DNA from: TPA_inf: Saccharomyces
Taxonomy: Eukaryota
NCBI GenBank assembly: GCA_000146045.2
Contig: BK006938.2
Location: 800,001-864,000, forward strand
Direction: 5' to 3'
DNA length: 64,000 nucleotides
Shown here: positions 11,633 through 24,200 of the stretch, in pieces
Layout: each line of letters begins with the position of its first letter
Numbering within the stretch: position 1 is the first letter of the stretch
Made by a program: the position numbers and the translations under genes
Notes under the pieces: model-generated
Databases searched by the model: none
What the model was told of the DNA's origin: nothing
What the model saw: only the letters and a program-made list of their open reading frames with translations

Positions 11633-12109
11633 GTGAAAAAAATTTCTACTTAGGCACACGTATGCACATATCCATGTAAGCTACTAATGGAAATTGTTTA
11701 ACTGATTACTGGTAAAAAAGGGATCTCCAATGGCTTTATCTTATTCCATTTTGTCCCACCATTTGTATACAGTATAAAGACATTTTGGTGAGATACTTAG
11801 TTACCCAGCCTACTTCTGAGAAATATTACCCGACTCGATTATCTACCAATTGGCTTCGAGAACGTGGTTTTTCACCATTTTTTTTCCCGCTTTTTTTTTT
11901 CATCCGACCGTTGTGGCGGAGAGAAGCTTCCGGAAGGGAATTCACTCAGATTCTCTCCAGTACCACGGGGGGCAACTCTGCCTGGAACACTCTCTTCCTT
12001 CAAGAACTTAGCAAGAAGTACCAATTAGTCCCAGCGGGCCCTCAGGGCTGGTCTACTGCCTTATACTCTAGGATGTACATCCTACCACACACAACAAGCC
12101 TGTCACACC

Positions 12110-12850
12110 ATGACTACAGATCCTTCTGTCAAATTGAAGTCCGCCAAAGACTCCCTCGTCTCCTCCCTCTTCGAGTTATCAAAAGCTGCTAATCAGACAG
12201 CCTCCTCTATTGTTGATTTCTACAATGCCATCGGCGACGATGAAGAAGAGAAGATAGAGGCTTTCACCACTTTGACTGAGTCTTTGCAAACATTGACTTC
12301 TGGTGTAAACCACTTGCACGGCATCAGCTCGGAGCTGGTTAACCCTATTGATGATGATAAAGATGCTATTATCGCTGCTCCAGTCAAGGCTGTAAGAAGA
12401 AAGATCGAACGTGATCCAAATGCTCCAAAGAAGCCACTGACTGTTTTCTTTGCTTACTCTGCGTACGTTCGTCAAGAACTTCGTGAAGACAGACAAAAGG
12501 CTGGCTTGCCACCTTTATCCTCAACTGAGATTACTCAAGAAATCTCCAAGAAATGGAAGGAATTGAGTGATAACGAAAAAGAAAAATGGAAGCAGGCTTA
12601 CAACGTCGAGTTGGAGAATTACCAAAGAGAGAAATCCAAATACTTAGAAGCAAAGAAAAACGGTACCCTACCACCAGCTTCCTTGGAAAACGGTCCAACT
12701 CATGCGCCGGTTCCAATTCCTTTCAGTTTACAGCACGCCGCTGAACCTCCTGTGGAAAAGAGACCTCACGATGATGATGGATCTTCGGAAAAGAAGAAGA
12801 AGAAGAAGAAGAAGGATAAGAAGAAGGACAAATCCAACTCTTCTATTTGA
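12110..12850 (+). CDS. HMO1: HMG-box chromatin protein Hmo1, 246 aa, with a lysine-rich C-terminal tail
   Basis: MTTDPSVKLKSAKDSLVSSL…, an HMG box (…PKKPLTVFFAYSAYVRQELRED…EKEKWKQAYN…) and a tail SSEKKKKKKKKDKKKDKSNSSI. Confidence 0.92.
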   Translation: MTTDPSVKLKSAKDSLVSSLFELSKAANQTASSIVDFYNAIGDDEEEKIEAFTTLTESLQTLTSGVNHLHGISSELVNPIDDDKDAIIAAPVKAVRRKIERDPNAPKKPLTVFFAYSAYVRQELREDRQKAGLPPLSSTEITQEISKKWKELSDNEKEKWKQAYNVELENYQREKSKYLEAKKNGTLPPASLENGPTHAPVPIPFSLQHAAEPPVEKRPHDDDGSSEKKKKKKKKDKKKDKSNSSI

Positions 12851-13192
12851 TGGACGGACAAACTCGTTACTATTACTCTACTGTCTTTCTAAAATAAATA
12901 TAATAATAAAAAAAGGAATAAAATATAGCAGCATGGGCTTGCTTTGCCCATAGTGTATGCACATATATATATATATATATGTATCTATCCCTCTCCTCTT
13001 GTAACAGTATATCTTCCTTTTCATTTTCGTTGTGTATATGTATGTATATAGTTCTAAATTTGCGATTATACCTTTTCAAACCTCTCAATGTTGTATTGTG
13101 CTAAAACTATGTACATTTTAGAGAAAAAGAAGGAAGCAAAACAAATACATAATATATACAGGGGGGCCGTTCTTTTTGTTTTTGAACATGTA

Positions 13193-14170
<978 letters not shown>

Positions 14171-14451
14171 TTAGTAGTGTCAAATGTTTCGGTAACTCTA
14201 CTGCCTTGTTCACAGATCGAAATATACTCAGAATCAGTTACAGAAAAGGTCCCATTTAGCGTAATTTCTTAGCGGAACTCATTAAAGAGCTCCGACGTGC
14301 AACGCGATAAAGGTTCGCCGACGACAACAAAACAATGGCAGGCAGTCATTAAATGAACGCCATCAAATGAAATATTCGTGGTAGCGATTACAATAAGGAA
14401 GTTGGAAAAACATAACAAAGACGGAGCGACGAGAAGTATTGGACAGGACAT

Positions 14452-16560
14452 ATGCCTAGACATGGAAGAAGAGGAAAACTGCCAAAAGGCGAGAAACTTC
14501 CTAAAAAGGAGGGAGGCGACAATACTCCGTCAAAGCTTTTATCGTCAATGCTTAAAACTTTAGATTTGACCTTCGAGCGTGATATTGGAATGCTCAATGG
14601 CAAAAGTGTTAGGTCCATACCCAATAAAAAAACTTTACTTGAATTGCAAAGTCAATTGGATAGTCTCAATGAAATACTGGGTACAATTGCCCGAGGTGAT
14701 CAAGAGACCATTGAAGCGCTTCGGAAAATAAGAGACAGTAAAAATGAGAAGCAAGCAAACGATGAAAAGCAGGAAACTTCAAATGCAGACGGGCAGCACG
14801 AAAGTTCTACTGCTACTGAAGAAACGAATATAATTGATAAAGGGGTACAAAGCCCACCAAAACCTCCTCCTTCTAATGAAATCTCCGGCACAATTGAGAA
14901 CGATGTAGAAAGCATCAAACAAGCGGCTGATAATATGGCTAAAGAAGAAATTAATGAAGACAAAGATTTACAAGTTCATAGAGATCAACCCAGAGAAAAG
15001 AGGCCGTTCGATTCTGAAACTGAAAATAGGGCCACTGAAAATGAAAACACACAGAGGCCAGACAATAAGAAGCAAAAAATTGACGTTGACAAAATGGAAA
15101 ACGATCCAACTGTTAAAAATCCAAAATCAGAATTTGTAGTATCGCAAACGTTACCTCGAGCAGCAGCAGCACTCGGCTTATTCAATGAAGAGGGACTAGA
15201 AAGTACAGGAGAAGACTTCCTAAAAAAAAAATACAATGTAGCTAGTTATCCAACAAATGATTTGAAAGATCTGTTACCAGGTGAATTACCGGATATGGAC
15301 TTTTCGCATCCTAAACCAACCAACCAAATTCAATTCAATACCTTTCTAGCATTTGTGGAAAATTTTTTCAAAGATCTTAGTGATGACAACTTAAAGTTTT
15401 TGAAGATGAAATATATTATACCCGATAGCTTGCAATTTGACAAAACTTATGACCCTGAGGTAAACCCGTTTATTATACCGAAACTAGGCCCTTTATACAC
15501 AGATGTTTGGTTCAAAGATGAAAACGACAAAAATTCTGCCTATAAAAAACCTTCACCATATTCAAACGATGCATCTACTATACTACCAAAAAAAAGTGCC
15601 AACGAACTTGATGATAATGCTTTGGAATCGGGCAGTATATCGTGTGGGCCCTTATTATCTAGGCTGTTGAGTGCTGTATTAAAAGATGACAATGACAAAT
15701 CAGAATTGCAATCTTCTAAAATAATACGGGATGGCGGACTACCGAGAACCGGAGGGGAAGACGATATACAATCGTTTAGAAACAACAACAATGATACTGT
15801 AGACATGACATTATCTCAGGAGAACGGGCCCAGTGTTCAAACACCTGACAATGACATTGATGAGGAAGCATCTTTCCAAGCAAAACTGGCAGAAAATAAA
15901 GGCAGTAATGGCGGTACTACAAGTACGTTACCCCAACAAATTGGGTGGATAACAAATGGAATTAACCTGGACTATCCAACATTCGAAGAACGATTGAAAA
16001 GAGAACTAAAGTATGTAGGGATATACATGAATTTGCCTAAGGATGAGAACAACCCTAACTCAGATGACCCCGATTGGGTCACCGGTAGAGAAGACGACGA
16101 AATAAGCGCAGAGTTAAGAGAATTGCAAGGCACTTTAAAACAAGTGACCAAGAAAAACCAAAAGAGGAAAGCCCAATTGATTCCACTAGTGGAAAGACAA
16201 CTAGCATGGCAGGAATACTCATCTATTTTAGAAGATTTAGACAAACAAATCGACCAGGCTTATGTCAAACGTATTCGCGTACCCAAGAAAAGAAAGAAGC
16301 ATCATACAGCAGCTTCAAATAATGTGAACACAGGAACCACGTCTCAAATAGCACAACAAAAGGCTGCAAACTCAAGTTTAAAATCCCTTCTGGATAAAAG
16401 GCAAAGGTGGATTAATAAGATTGGTCCATTGTTTGATAAACCTGAAATTATGAAGAGAATCCCCAATGAAAGCGTATTCAAGGACATGGACCAAGAAGAA
16501 GATGAGGATGAAGCCGATGTATTTGCACAAAACACTAATAAGGACGTGGAACTAAATTAA
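14452..16560 (+). CDS. NGG1: SAGA/ADA complex subunit Ada3 (Ngg1), 702 aa
   Basis: MPRHGRRGKLPKGEKLPKKEGGDNTPSKLLSSMLKTLDLTFERDIGMLNGK… with a long acidic/low-complexity middle and a C-terminal ADA3 domain (…LKRELKYVGIYMNLPKDENNP…). Confidence 0.9.
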   Translation: MPRHGRRGKLPKGEKLPKKEGGDNTPSKLLSSMLKTLDLTFERDIGMLNGKSVRSIPNKKTLLELQSQLDSLNEILGTIARGDQETIEALRKIRDSKNEKQANDEKQETSNADGQHESSTATEETNIIDKGVQSPPKPPPSNEISGTIENDVESIKQAADNMAKEEINEDKDLQVHRDQPREKRPFDSETENRATENENTQRPDNKKQKIDVDKMENDPTVKNPKSEFVVSQTLPRAAAALGLFNEEGLESTGEDFLKKKYNVASYPTNDLKDLLPGELPDMDFSHPKPTNQIQFNTFLAFVENFFKDLSDDNLKFLKMKYIIPDSLQFDKTYDPEVNPFIIPKLGPLYTDVWFKDENDKNSAYKKPSPYSNDASTILPKKSANELDDNALESGSISCGPLLSRLLSAVLKDDNDKSELQSSKIIRDGGLPRTGGEDDIQSFRNNNNDTVDMTLSQENGPSVQTPDNDIDEEASFQAKLAENKGSNGGTTSTLPQQIGWITNGINLDYPTFEERLKRELKYVGIYMNLPKDENNPNSDDPDWVTGREDDEISAELRELQGTLKQVTKKNQKRKAQLIPLVERQLAWQEYSSILEDLDKQIDQAYVKRIRVPKKRKKHHTAASNNVNTGTTSQIAQQKAANSSLKSLLDKRQRWINKIGPLFDKPEIMKRIPNESVFKDMDQEEDEDEADVFAQNTNKDVELN

Positions 16561-16877
16561 AATATACGAACTCTAAGGAAAAATACGTAGCATAATAACG
16601 CATATAACTAACAATTTGGATAACTATCCATAAAAAAAAAAAAATAGTCACATAATACGAACATTAATATCCTTTTTTGTTACATTTTCTTCCATCTGAA
16701 ATATTTGGAGGGGCAAAAACAATGAGATGACAGTTGAATGCATGAACTTCCGATCGCGGGCGTATAGGTAAAGTCAATTGAAGCAAGTGTGACGACATAA
16801 GTATCGTAATTTAGTGGTTGGATACATTAAAAAAAACAAGTGGTATATATATAAGTAGTAGTAGTAAGAAGTAAGCG

Positions 16878-17525
16878 ATGTCTAGGGCTAAGAGAATTAT
16901 GAAAGAAATCCAAGCTGTGAAGGATGATCCTGCAGCTCACATTACTCTTGAATTTGTGAGTGAATCTGATATCCACCATTTAAAAGGCACATTTTTGGGC
17001 CCACCTGGAACACCTTACGAGGGTGGCAAATTTGTCGTGGATATCGAAGTACCTATGGAGTATCCATTCAAACCACCAAAGATGCAGTTCGACACAAAAG
17101 TATACCATCCAAATATATCATCAGTGACAGGTGCCATTTGTTTAGATATTCTTAAGAATGCATGGTCGCCAGTGATAACACTAAAGTCTGCATTGATTTC
17201 GCTACAGGCGCTACTACAATCTCCAGAGCCTAACGATCCTCAAGATGCAGAAGTAGCACAACACTATTTACGGGATAGAGAATCTTTTAATAAGACTGCT
17301 GCACTATGGACGAGGTTATACGCCAGTGAAACTTCCAATGGTCAAAAAGGCAATGTAGAGGAGTCTGATTTATATGGGATTGACCACGATCTGATTGACG
17401 AGTTTGAATCTCAAGGTTTTGAAAAGGACAAGATTGTGGAAGTGTTGAGACGATTAGGCGTCAAGTCCTTAGACCCCAATGACAACAACACAGCCAACCG
17501 TATCATCGAGGAATTGTTGAAGTGA
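16878..17525 (+). CDS. UBC1: Ubiquitin-conjugating enzyme E2 with a C-terminal UBA domain, 215 aa
   Basis: [27 protein letters not shown]… with the HPN motif and active-site Cys ([19 protein letters not shown]) and a C-terminal UBA (…[32 protein letters not shown]). Confidence 0.95.
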
Positions 17526-17841
17526 ATAGATAAAAAAAAAACGCACCAAGTAAGTAAGTAAATAAAGAATAAATAAACTATATGAGTAAAACACCAAGCG
17601 AGGATGTTTCATTGTGCATCCGTGTTCTTGATGATCACATAACTGTAAAAGAATAATACGGCACGTTAAATGTTATTTTAGAATATATAAACACCTTATG
17701 TGCCATAAGCATTGAGCCAATCGCTGCTGTTTTTTTTATTCCGGGGCACCTTCGGAAGAACACAGGCGCAATTTAGTTATATAAGGAGAAGCCCTCGAGC
17801 GATCAGGGGACCGACTGCGGATCGCTTTAAGGCAAAGATAG

Positions 17842-18495
<654 letters not shown>

Positions 18496-18707
18496 ATAAA
18501 TCACCACGAATCATTTGTTCGGTCATGTAACATGCACATCTATAGCAACGACGTGTCTCCTATCTTTTGCTTTTACCTTGTTTTCCGCCGGTATATTCCT
18601 TTGCCATATTTACTAGTATTTATTTATTATTATTTATTCTTCTATTTTTCTTTTATTTATTTGTTACTTCCTAATATCGTCATTATTATGCCTTTTTCAT
18701 ATTTGAT

Positions 18708-19196
18708 TTACTCCAATATATTCTGTTTGAGCTTTGTTTCCCAGCTCCGAAGATTTTGAACTAAATACTCTTTCGTCACTCGCGGATTTTTAATTATAGT
18801 CAGTTCCTTTTCATGACAGTACACATCTCTACAGTCAAATCTTCTTGAAAATTTCATAGATTTACTGACTGAATCCATCTCTGCTTTAAAAATATTCTGT
18901 AGCTGAATTAAATGGCTTTCGATGATACCATCGTCTTCAATTTGACATTCTTCTTTAATTAACTCGTAACTTAACTCATTATATATTTCGCTTAATGTTA
19001 CCAATGTTAATTTCTCCAGTTTTGATCGCATTAATGATGTTAGGATTATGTTTTCCGGTAGATCTTTAATGTTTCCAAAGGCAAATATTTCGAATAATTG
19101 TTGTTCATCGGGATCTTTAGTATTTAACCATTCTTCTTTGTAGTGATATTTGTAAGGATCTTCTAGCGATTTTATTGTTTCTTCCCTCATTACCAT
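18708..19196 (-). CDS. CSN9: COP9 signalosome subunit, 162 aa
   Basis: MVMREETIKSLEDPYKYHYKEEWLNTKDPDEQQLFEIFAFGNIKDLPEN…. Length and position match YDR179C. Confidence 0.8.
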   Translation of the reverse strand: MVMREETIKSLEDPYKYHYKEEWLNTKDPDEQQLFEIFAFGNIKDLPENIILTSLMRSKLEKLTLVTLSEIYNELSYELIKEECQIEDDGIIESHLIQLQNIFKAEMDSVSKSMKFSRRFDCRDVYCHEKELTIIKNPRVTKEYLVQNLRSWETKLKQNILE

Positions 19197-19432
19197 TCTC
19201 TCTTATCTGTACTACGTAGGTCATCACTGTTATTGTTTTTTATTTCTTTGTTTACTATTGTCCGTAATATAAATACATATTAAAAAAGTTGATGATGAGT
19301 TGCTCAATAATTTTCGCATTCCCTAAGATACAACGAACCAAAGGCAAGATAACAATAATATAAGAAAAAGCAAACGCGATAAGAGCCAGGGAAGTCAATA
19401 TATACTGCACGGCTTTATTTCTATATGTGTAG

Positions 19433-20824
19433 ATGCCTACCATTTTATACAACACCAATTCCAGTTTAATTACCAAGTACCGAAGGCCAAATGCCTCAAA
19501 TCAATATAAAGGCTTTCTGTCAAAAAAAGGACATACACGACTGAATTCTAAATCGAGTGGAGATATTTGGGAGAAAGATTGTAGTCATACGAAAAATTCT
19601 GGTAATGATGTTTCGTTTGAGAGTGAATTTGAAAAAGATTCGGTTGAGTATCTAAGGGATTTATGTTTCTCTATATACCCAAATTCATTACATCAGAAAA
19701 TCAGAAGCATAGAAGCTTTGCCAGACCTACAGGTAAATACCTTTATTGCCTTAATTTTCCAAAATTTCGTTAAGTCTTGGTATGGTATCAAAATACCCAC
19801 TGATGATTCCAAGTTTTTAACCGAACTATATAACTTAGTTCAAGATTTAATAACATATTTGAAGAGTTCCAAAATCAATTACCATGCCCTTTTACTCGAT
19901 TATATTCCCTGCTTGCTTTCGTCTCACTTGAAAGCATTAAATGACTCATCTCAAAATAACGATTTAGTTTATGAACAGTACTGTAAGCTAACTTTGTATG
20001 ATTCGAAACGATATCCAATGCTATTCACTGAAATCATACAAAGTAAAATGAGCACCAAATCTCTACTACAGAGAAGCTTTTTGGATAGCTTTTTAAATGA
20101 ACTTGTGTTCGGGCATATTTTTAATTCAATAGCGGAACCATATTATCTTCTGGAGGGCTTGAATAAAATTTGCATAAGAATAAAGCTAAATTCTGCAGGA
20201 AATACCAGAAACGAGGTGACTCATGGAAAGCCTAAATGCGATCCCTGGTTGTTTGTTTCCAATGTAAAGCACAAAATATTGCAAATGACCAGGCTTTTAG
20301 CTTATTCAACTTCAACAGAAGCAGCAAATATGAACACTGCCGAAATTCAAGAAACAGCATTTCTACAAAGATATATTTTTACTTTTTTCACCGATGATTT
20401 TTTCAAATTATCTATGAGGAAGCCATTCCTATTCTCAATATGCAGAACGCTTCAGCATTGGATCTCTAAATTAAATGCGTTAAACAGGGTCATGTATAGA
20501 ACATTTGACAATATTGTTCAAACTAAAATTACCAGCCCTGTGACAATTGGCAACTTATTCTCATTATTACGACATTCTTTGTTTCCTAATGACAATATGA
20601 TGGGGCCACCAAGAGTATTACCAGTGGGTGATGCTTTTCTAGAGTTCAGAGAAGAGTGTATTTCCAATTTATGGGATGTTTGTATGACTTATAAACTTGA
20701 TCATATCCTCGCTATCAAAAGGTCTGACATAGCGGATCTTATTATCTGCATATCGAAGAATAGGGATTGCAATAAACTGCTAATTTATAGAATTATTGAC
20801 TGTGTTATTGCGCAGTTGCCGTAG
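19433..20824 (+). CDS. NVJ3: PXA-domain protein, 463 aa (nucleus-vacuole junction protein)
   Basis: MPTILYNTNSSLITKYRRPNASNQYKGFLSKKGHTRLNSKSSGDIWEKDC…. A 463-aa ORF between CSN9 and SCC2, recognised as YDR179W-A. Confidence 0.75.
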   Translation: MPTILYNTNSSLITKYRRPNASNQYKGFLSKKGHTRLNSKSSGDIWEKDCSHTKNSGNDVSFESEFEKDSVEYLRDLCFSIYPNSLHQKIRSIEALPDLQVNTFIALIFQNFVKSWYGIKIPTDDSKFLTELYNLVQDLITYLKSSKINYHALLLDYIPCLLSSHLKALNDSSQNNDLVYEQYCKLTLYDSKRYPMLFTEIIQSKMSTKSLLQRSFLDSFLNELVFGHIFNSIAEPYYLLEGLNKICIRIKLNSAGNTRNEVTHGKPKCDPWLFVSNVKHKILQMTRLLAYSTSTEAANMNTAEIQETAFLQRYIFTFFTDDFFKLSMRKPFLFSICRTLQHWISKLNALNRVMYRTFDNIVQTKITSPVTIGNLFSLLRHSLFPNDNMMGPPRVLPVGDAFLEFREECISNLWDVCMTYKLDHILAIKRSDIADLIICISKNRDCNKLLIYRIIDCVIAQLP

Positions 20825-21294
20825 ACTTCGTGATGTATAGAGTATTGTTGACAAATATTTGATGTTACCGAAATAGCACTCTTTGTAGCATTATTACCAA
20901 TTTTTATACTATGAAGTAAGGTCTTAGGAAGCAAGAACATTGTTAACAAATAGCTTTTATGACCTAATCATTAGCACTATTCATTGCCAAATATGCAAAT
21001 ATCTATTCCTTTTGCCCGAACAGGTAAAAGTGGTATTGCTTTTATGTTAAACGCGAAACTGCCGCCACTTCGCTTAAAAAAAACACTGGCTGAAAAAGAA
21101 CGATGCAGTTTAGTAACTAAAGTTTTTTCTAGCTCAGGCTTAGAGTTCGATAACAACAAGTCACATTCGAGTGCTCCACTTATAGCAATTTTTCTTTTGT
21201 GTATTGGTTTGCTCCTGTGTGCTCAGGCTTTTCGTTTGTTGTGAGAGTATTGTTCTTATAACTATTCATTTTTTGAAAGAATTGGCGGCTAGCA

Positions 21295-24200
21295 ATGTCG
21301 TACCCAGGGAAAGACAAGAATATTCCTGGAAGAATAATAGAGGCCCTAGAAGACCTGCCTTTGAGTTATCTGGTTCCTAAGGATGGGTTAGCCGCGCTAG
21401 TAAATGCCCCAATGCGGGTTTCTTTACCTTTTGACAAGACTATCTTTACCAGCGCTGATGATGGCAGAGATGTTAATATAAATGTTCTAGGTACAGCTAA
21501 CAGCACTACTTCTTCCATAAAGAATGAGGCCGAAAAAGAAAGGCTTGTTTTCAAAAGACCCAGTAATTTTACGTCATCAGCCAATTCTGTTGATTATGTC
21601 CCAACTAACTTTTTGGAAGGATTATCACCGCTAGCGCAGAGTGTTCTATCAACCCATAAAGGGTTGAATGATTCCATTAACATCGAGAAAAAAAGTGAAA
21701 TAGTAAGCAGACCGGAGGCAAAGCATAAGCTCGAAAGTGTGACTTCGAATGCTGGTAACTTGAGTTTCAACGACAATTCTTCCAACAAGAAAACCAAAAC
21801 TTCAACAGGTGTAACCATGACACAAGCGAATTTAGCGGAACAATATTTGAATGATCTTAAAAATATTTTAGATATTGTTGGATTTGACCAAAACTCTGCT
21901 GAAATTGGAAATATCGAGTACTGGCTCCAGTTGCCAAATAAAAAATTCGTTTTAACTACAAACTGCTTAACCAAATTACAAATGACAATTAAAAATATTA
22001 CCGATAACCCACAGCTATCGAACTCAATCGAAATAACATGGCTTTTGAGATTGCTTGATGTGATGGTTTGTAATATAAAGTTCAGTAAAAGCTCTTTAAA
22101 GATGGGTTTAGATGATTCTATGTTACGATATATTGCTTTGCTTTCTACAATTGTACTATTCAATATTTTTTTACTGGGTAAGAATGACAGCAACTTACAT
22201 CGGGAATCATACATCATGGAACCGGTGAATTTTTTAAGCGACTTGATAGAATCTCTAAAAATATTAACAATTGAATATGGTTCTTTGAAGATAGAATTTG
22301 ACACTTTCCAGGAGGCCCTAGAATTGCTACCGAAATACATACGTAACGGCCCTTTTCTGGATGATAATGTCACGGCAAAGCTTGTGTACATCTTTAGCGA
22401 CTTGCTGATGAATAATGACATTGAAGCAACTACGAATATCCAATTTCAAAGTTTTTGGGATAATGTGAAGAGAATCAGCTCTGATATTTTAGTTTCATTA
22501 TTCGGTAGTTTTGATCAACAGAGAGGATTTATTATAGAAGAACTACTATCTCATATCGAAAAGCTTCCCACTAAGAGAATACAAAAAAAACTAAGAAAAG
22601 TTGGTAACCAAAACATTTATATCACTGATTTTACCTTTACTTTAATGTCAATGTTAGAGAATATTAATTGCTACTCCTTCTGTAATCAGATGAAGGATAT
22701 TGCACCAGAGAATATTGATCTATTAAAGAACGAATACAAAAAGCAAGAAGAATTTCTTTTTAACATTGTTGAGCATATAAATGACACAATACTGGAAAGG
22801 TTTTTCAAGAACCCGTCCGCTTTAAGGTATGTAATTGACAACTTTGTCCAAGATCTATTATTGCTAATTTCCTCCCCTCAGTGGCCTGTAACAGAAAAAA
22901 TACTAAGCTCTTTGTTAAAGAGACTTCTAAGTGTATACAGCCCATCCATGCAAGTTTCTGCAAACATTGAAACAATATGTTTACAACTTATAGGGAATAT
23001 TGGTTCTACAATTTTTGATATTAAATGCTCAACTAGAGACCATGAAGATAACAACTTGATTAAAATGATTAATTACCCCGAAACTTTGCCGCATTTTTTT
23101 AAATCATTTGAAGAATGCATTGCATATAATGAAACGATCAAATGCCGTCGTTCTGCAACAAGATTCCTTTGGAATTTAAGGCTCGGTACGATCTTGATAT
23201 TAGAAGAGTATACAAAGGATGCCAAAGAACAAATTATAACCGTTGACAATGAATTGAAAAAAATATTGGAGCAGATAAAAGATGGTGGACTTGGACCCGA
23301 ATTAGAGAACAGAGAAGCAGATTTTAGTACGATTAAATTGGATTATTTTTCTATTTTGCACGCCTTTGAACTACTGAATCTATACGATCCATACTTGAAG
23401 TTGATATTATCACTTCTAGCCAAGGATAAAATCAAACTGAGATCGACTGCTATTAAATGTCTCTCGATGTTGGCTTCAAAAGACAAAGTGATACTTTCAA
23501 ACCCAATGGTTAAAGAAACTATTCACCGGCGTTTAAACGACTCATCTGCATCTGTCAAGGATGCCATTCTAGATTTGGTCAGTATTAATTCTTCATACTT
23601 CGAATTTTATCAACAAATTAACAACAACTATAACGATGATAGCATAATGGTAAGAAAACATGTGTTAAGAATTAATGAAAAAATGTACGACGAGACGAAC
23701 GACATCGTCACGAAGGTATACGTAATAGCAAGAATCCTAATGAAAATAGAAGACGAGGAGGACAATATAATTGATATGGCTAGGCTGATTTTATTAAATA
23801 GATGGATATTAAAGGTACATGAAGTATTGGACCAGCCCGAAAAGTTGAAAGAAATTTCTTCTTCAGTCCTACTAGTAATGTCCCGTGTGGCTATAATGAA
23901 TGAGAAATGCTCCCAACTTTTCGACTTGTTTCTCAACTTTTATCTCCTAAACAAAGAAGCGCATTCAAAAGAAGCATACGATAAAATCACTCACGTTCTA
24001 ACCATTCTTACCGACTTTTTGGTACAAAAAATTGTCGAGCTCAACTCAGATGACACAAATGAAAAGAATTCGATTGTTGATAAACAAAATTTTTTAAACC
24101 TTTTGGCGAAGTTTGCTGATTCTACTGTGTCATTTTTGACTAAAGACCACATTACAGCATTGTATCCTTATATGGTATCGGACGAAAAATCTGACTTCCA

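Noticed and set aside
21594-22421. 275-aa antisense ORF within SCC2
   Set aside because: It is fully embedded antisense in a conserved 1493-aa gene. AT-rich yeast coding sequence often yields long antisense ORFs. There is no domain signature.
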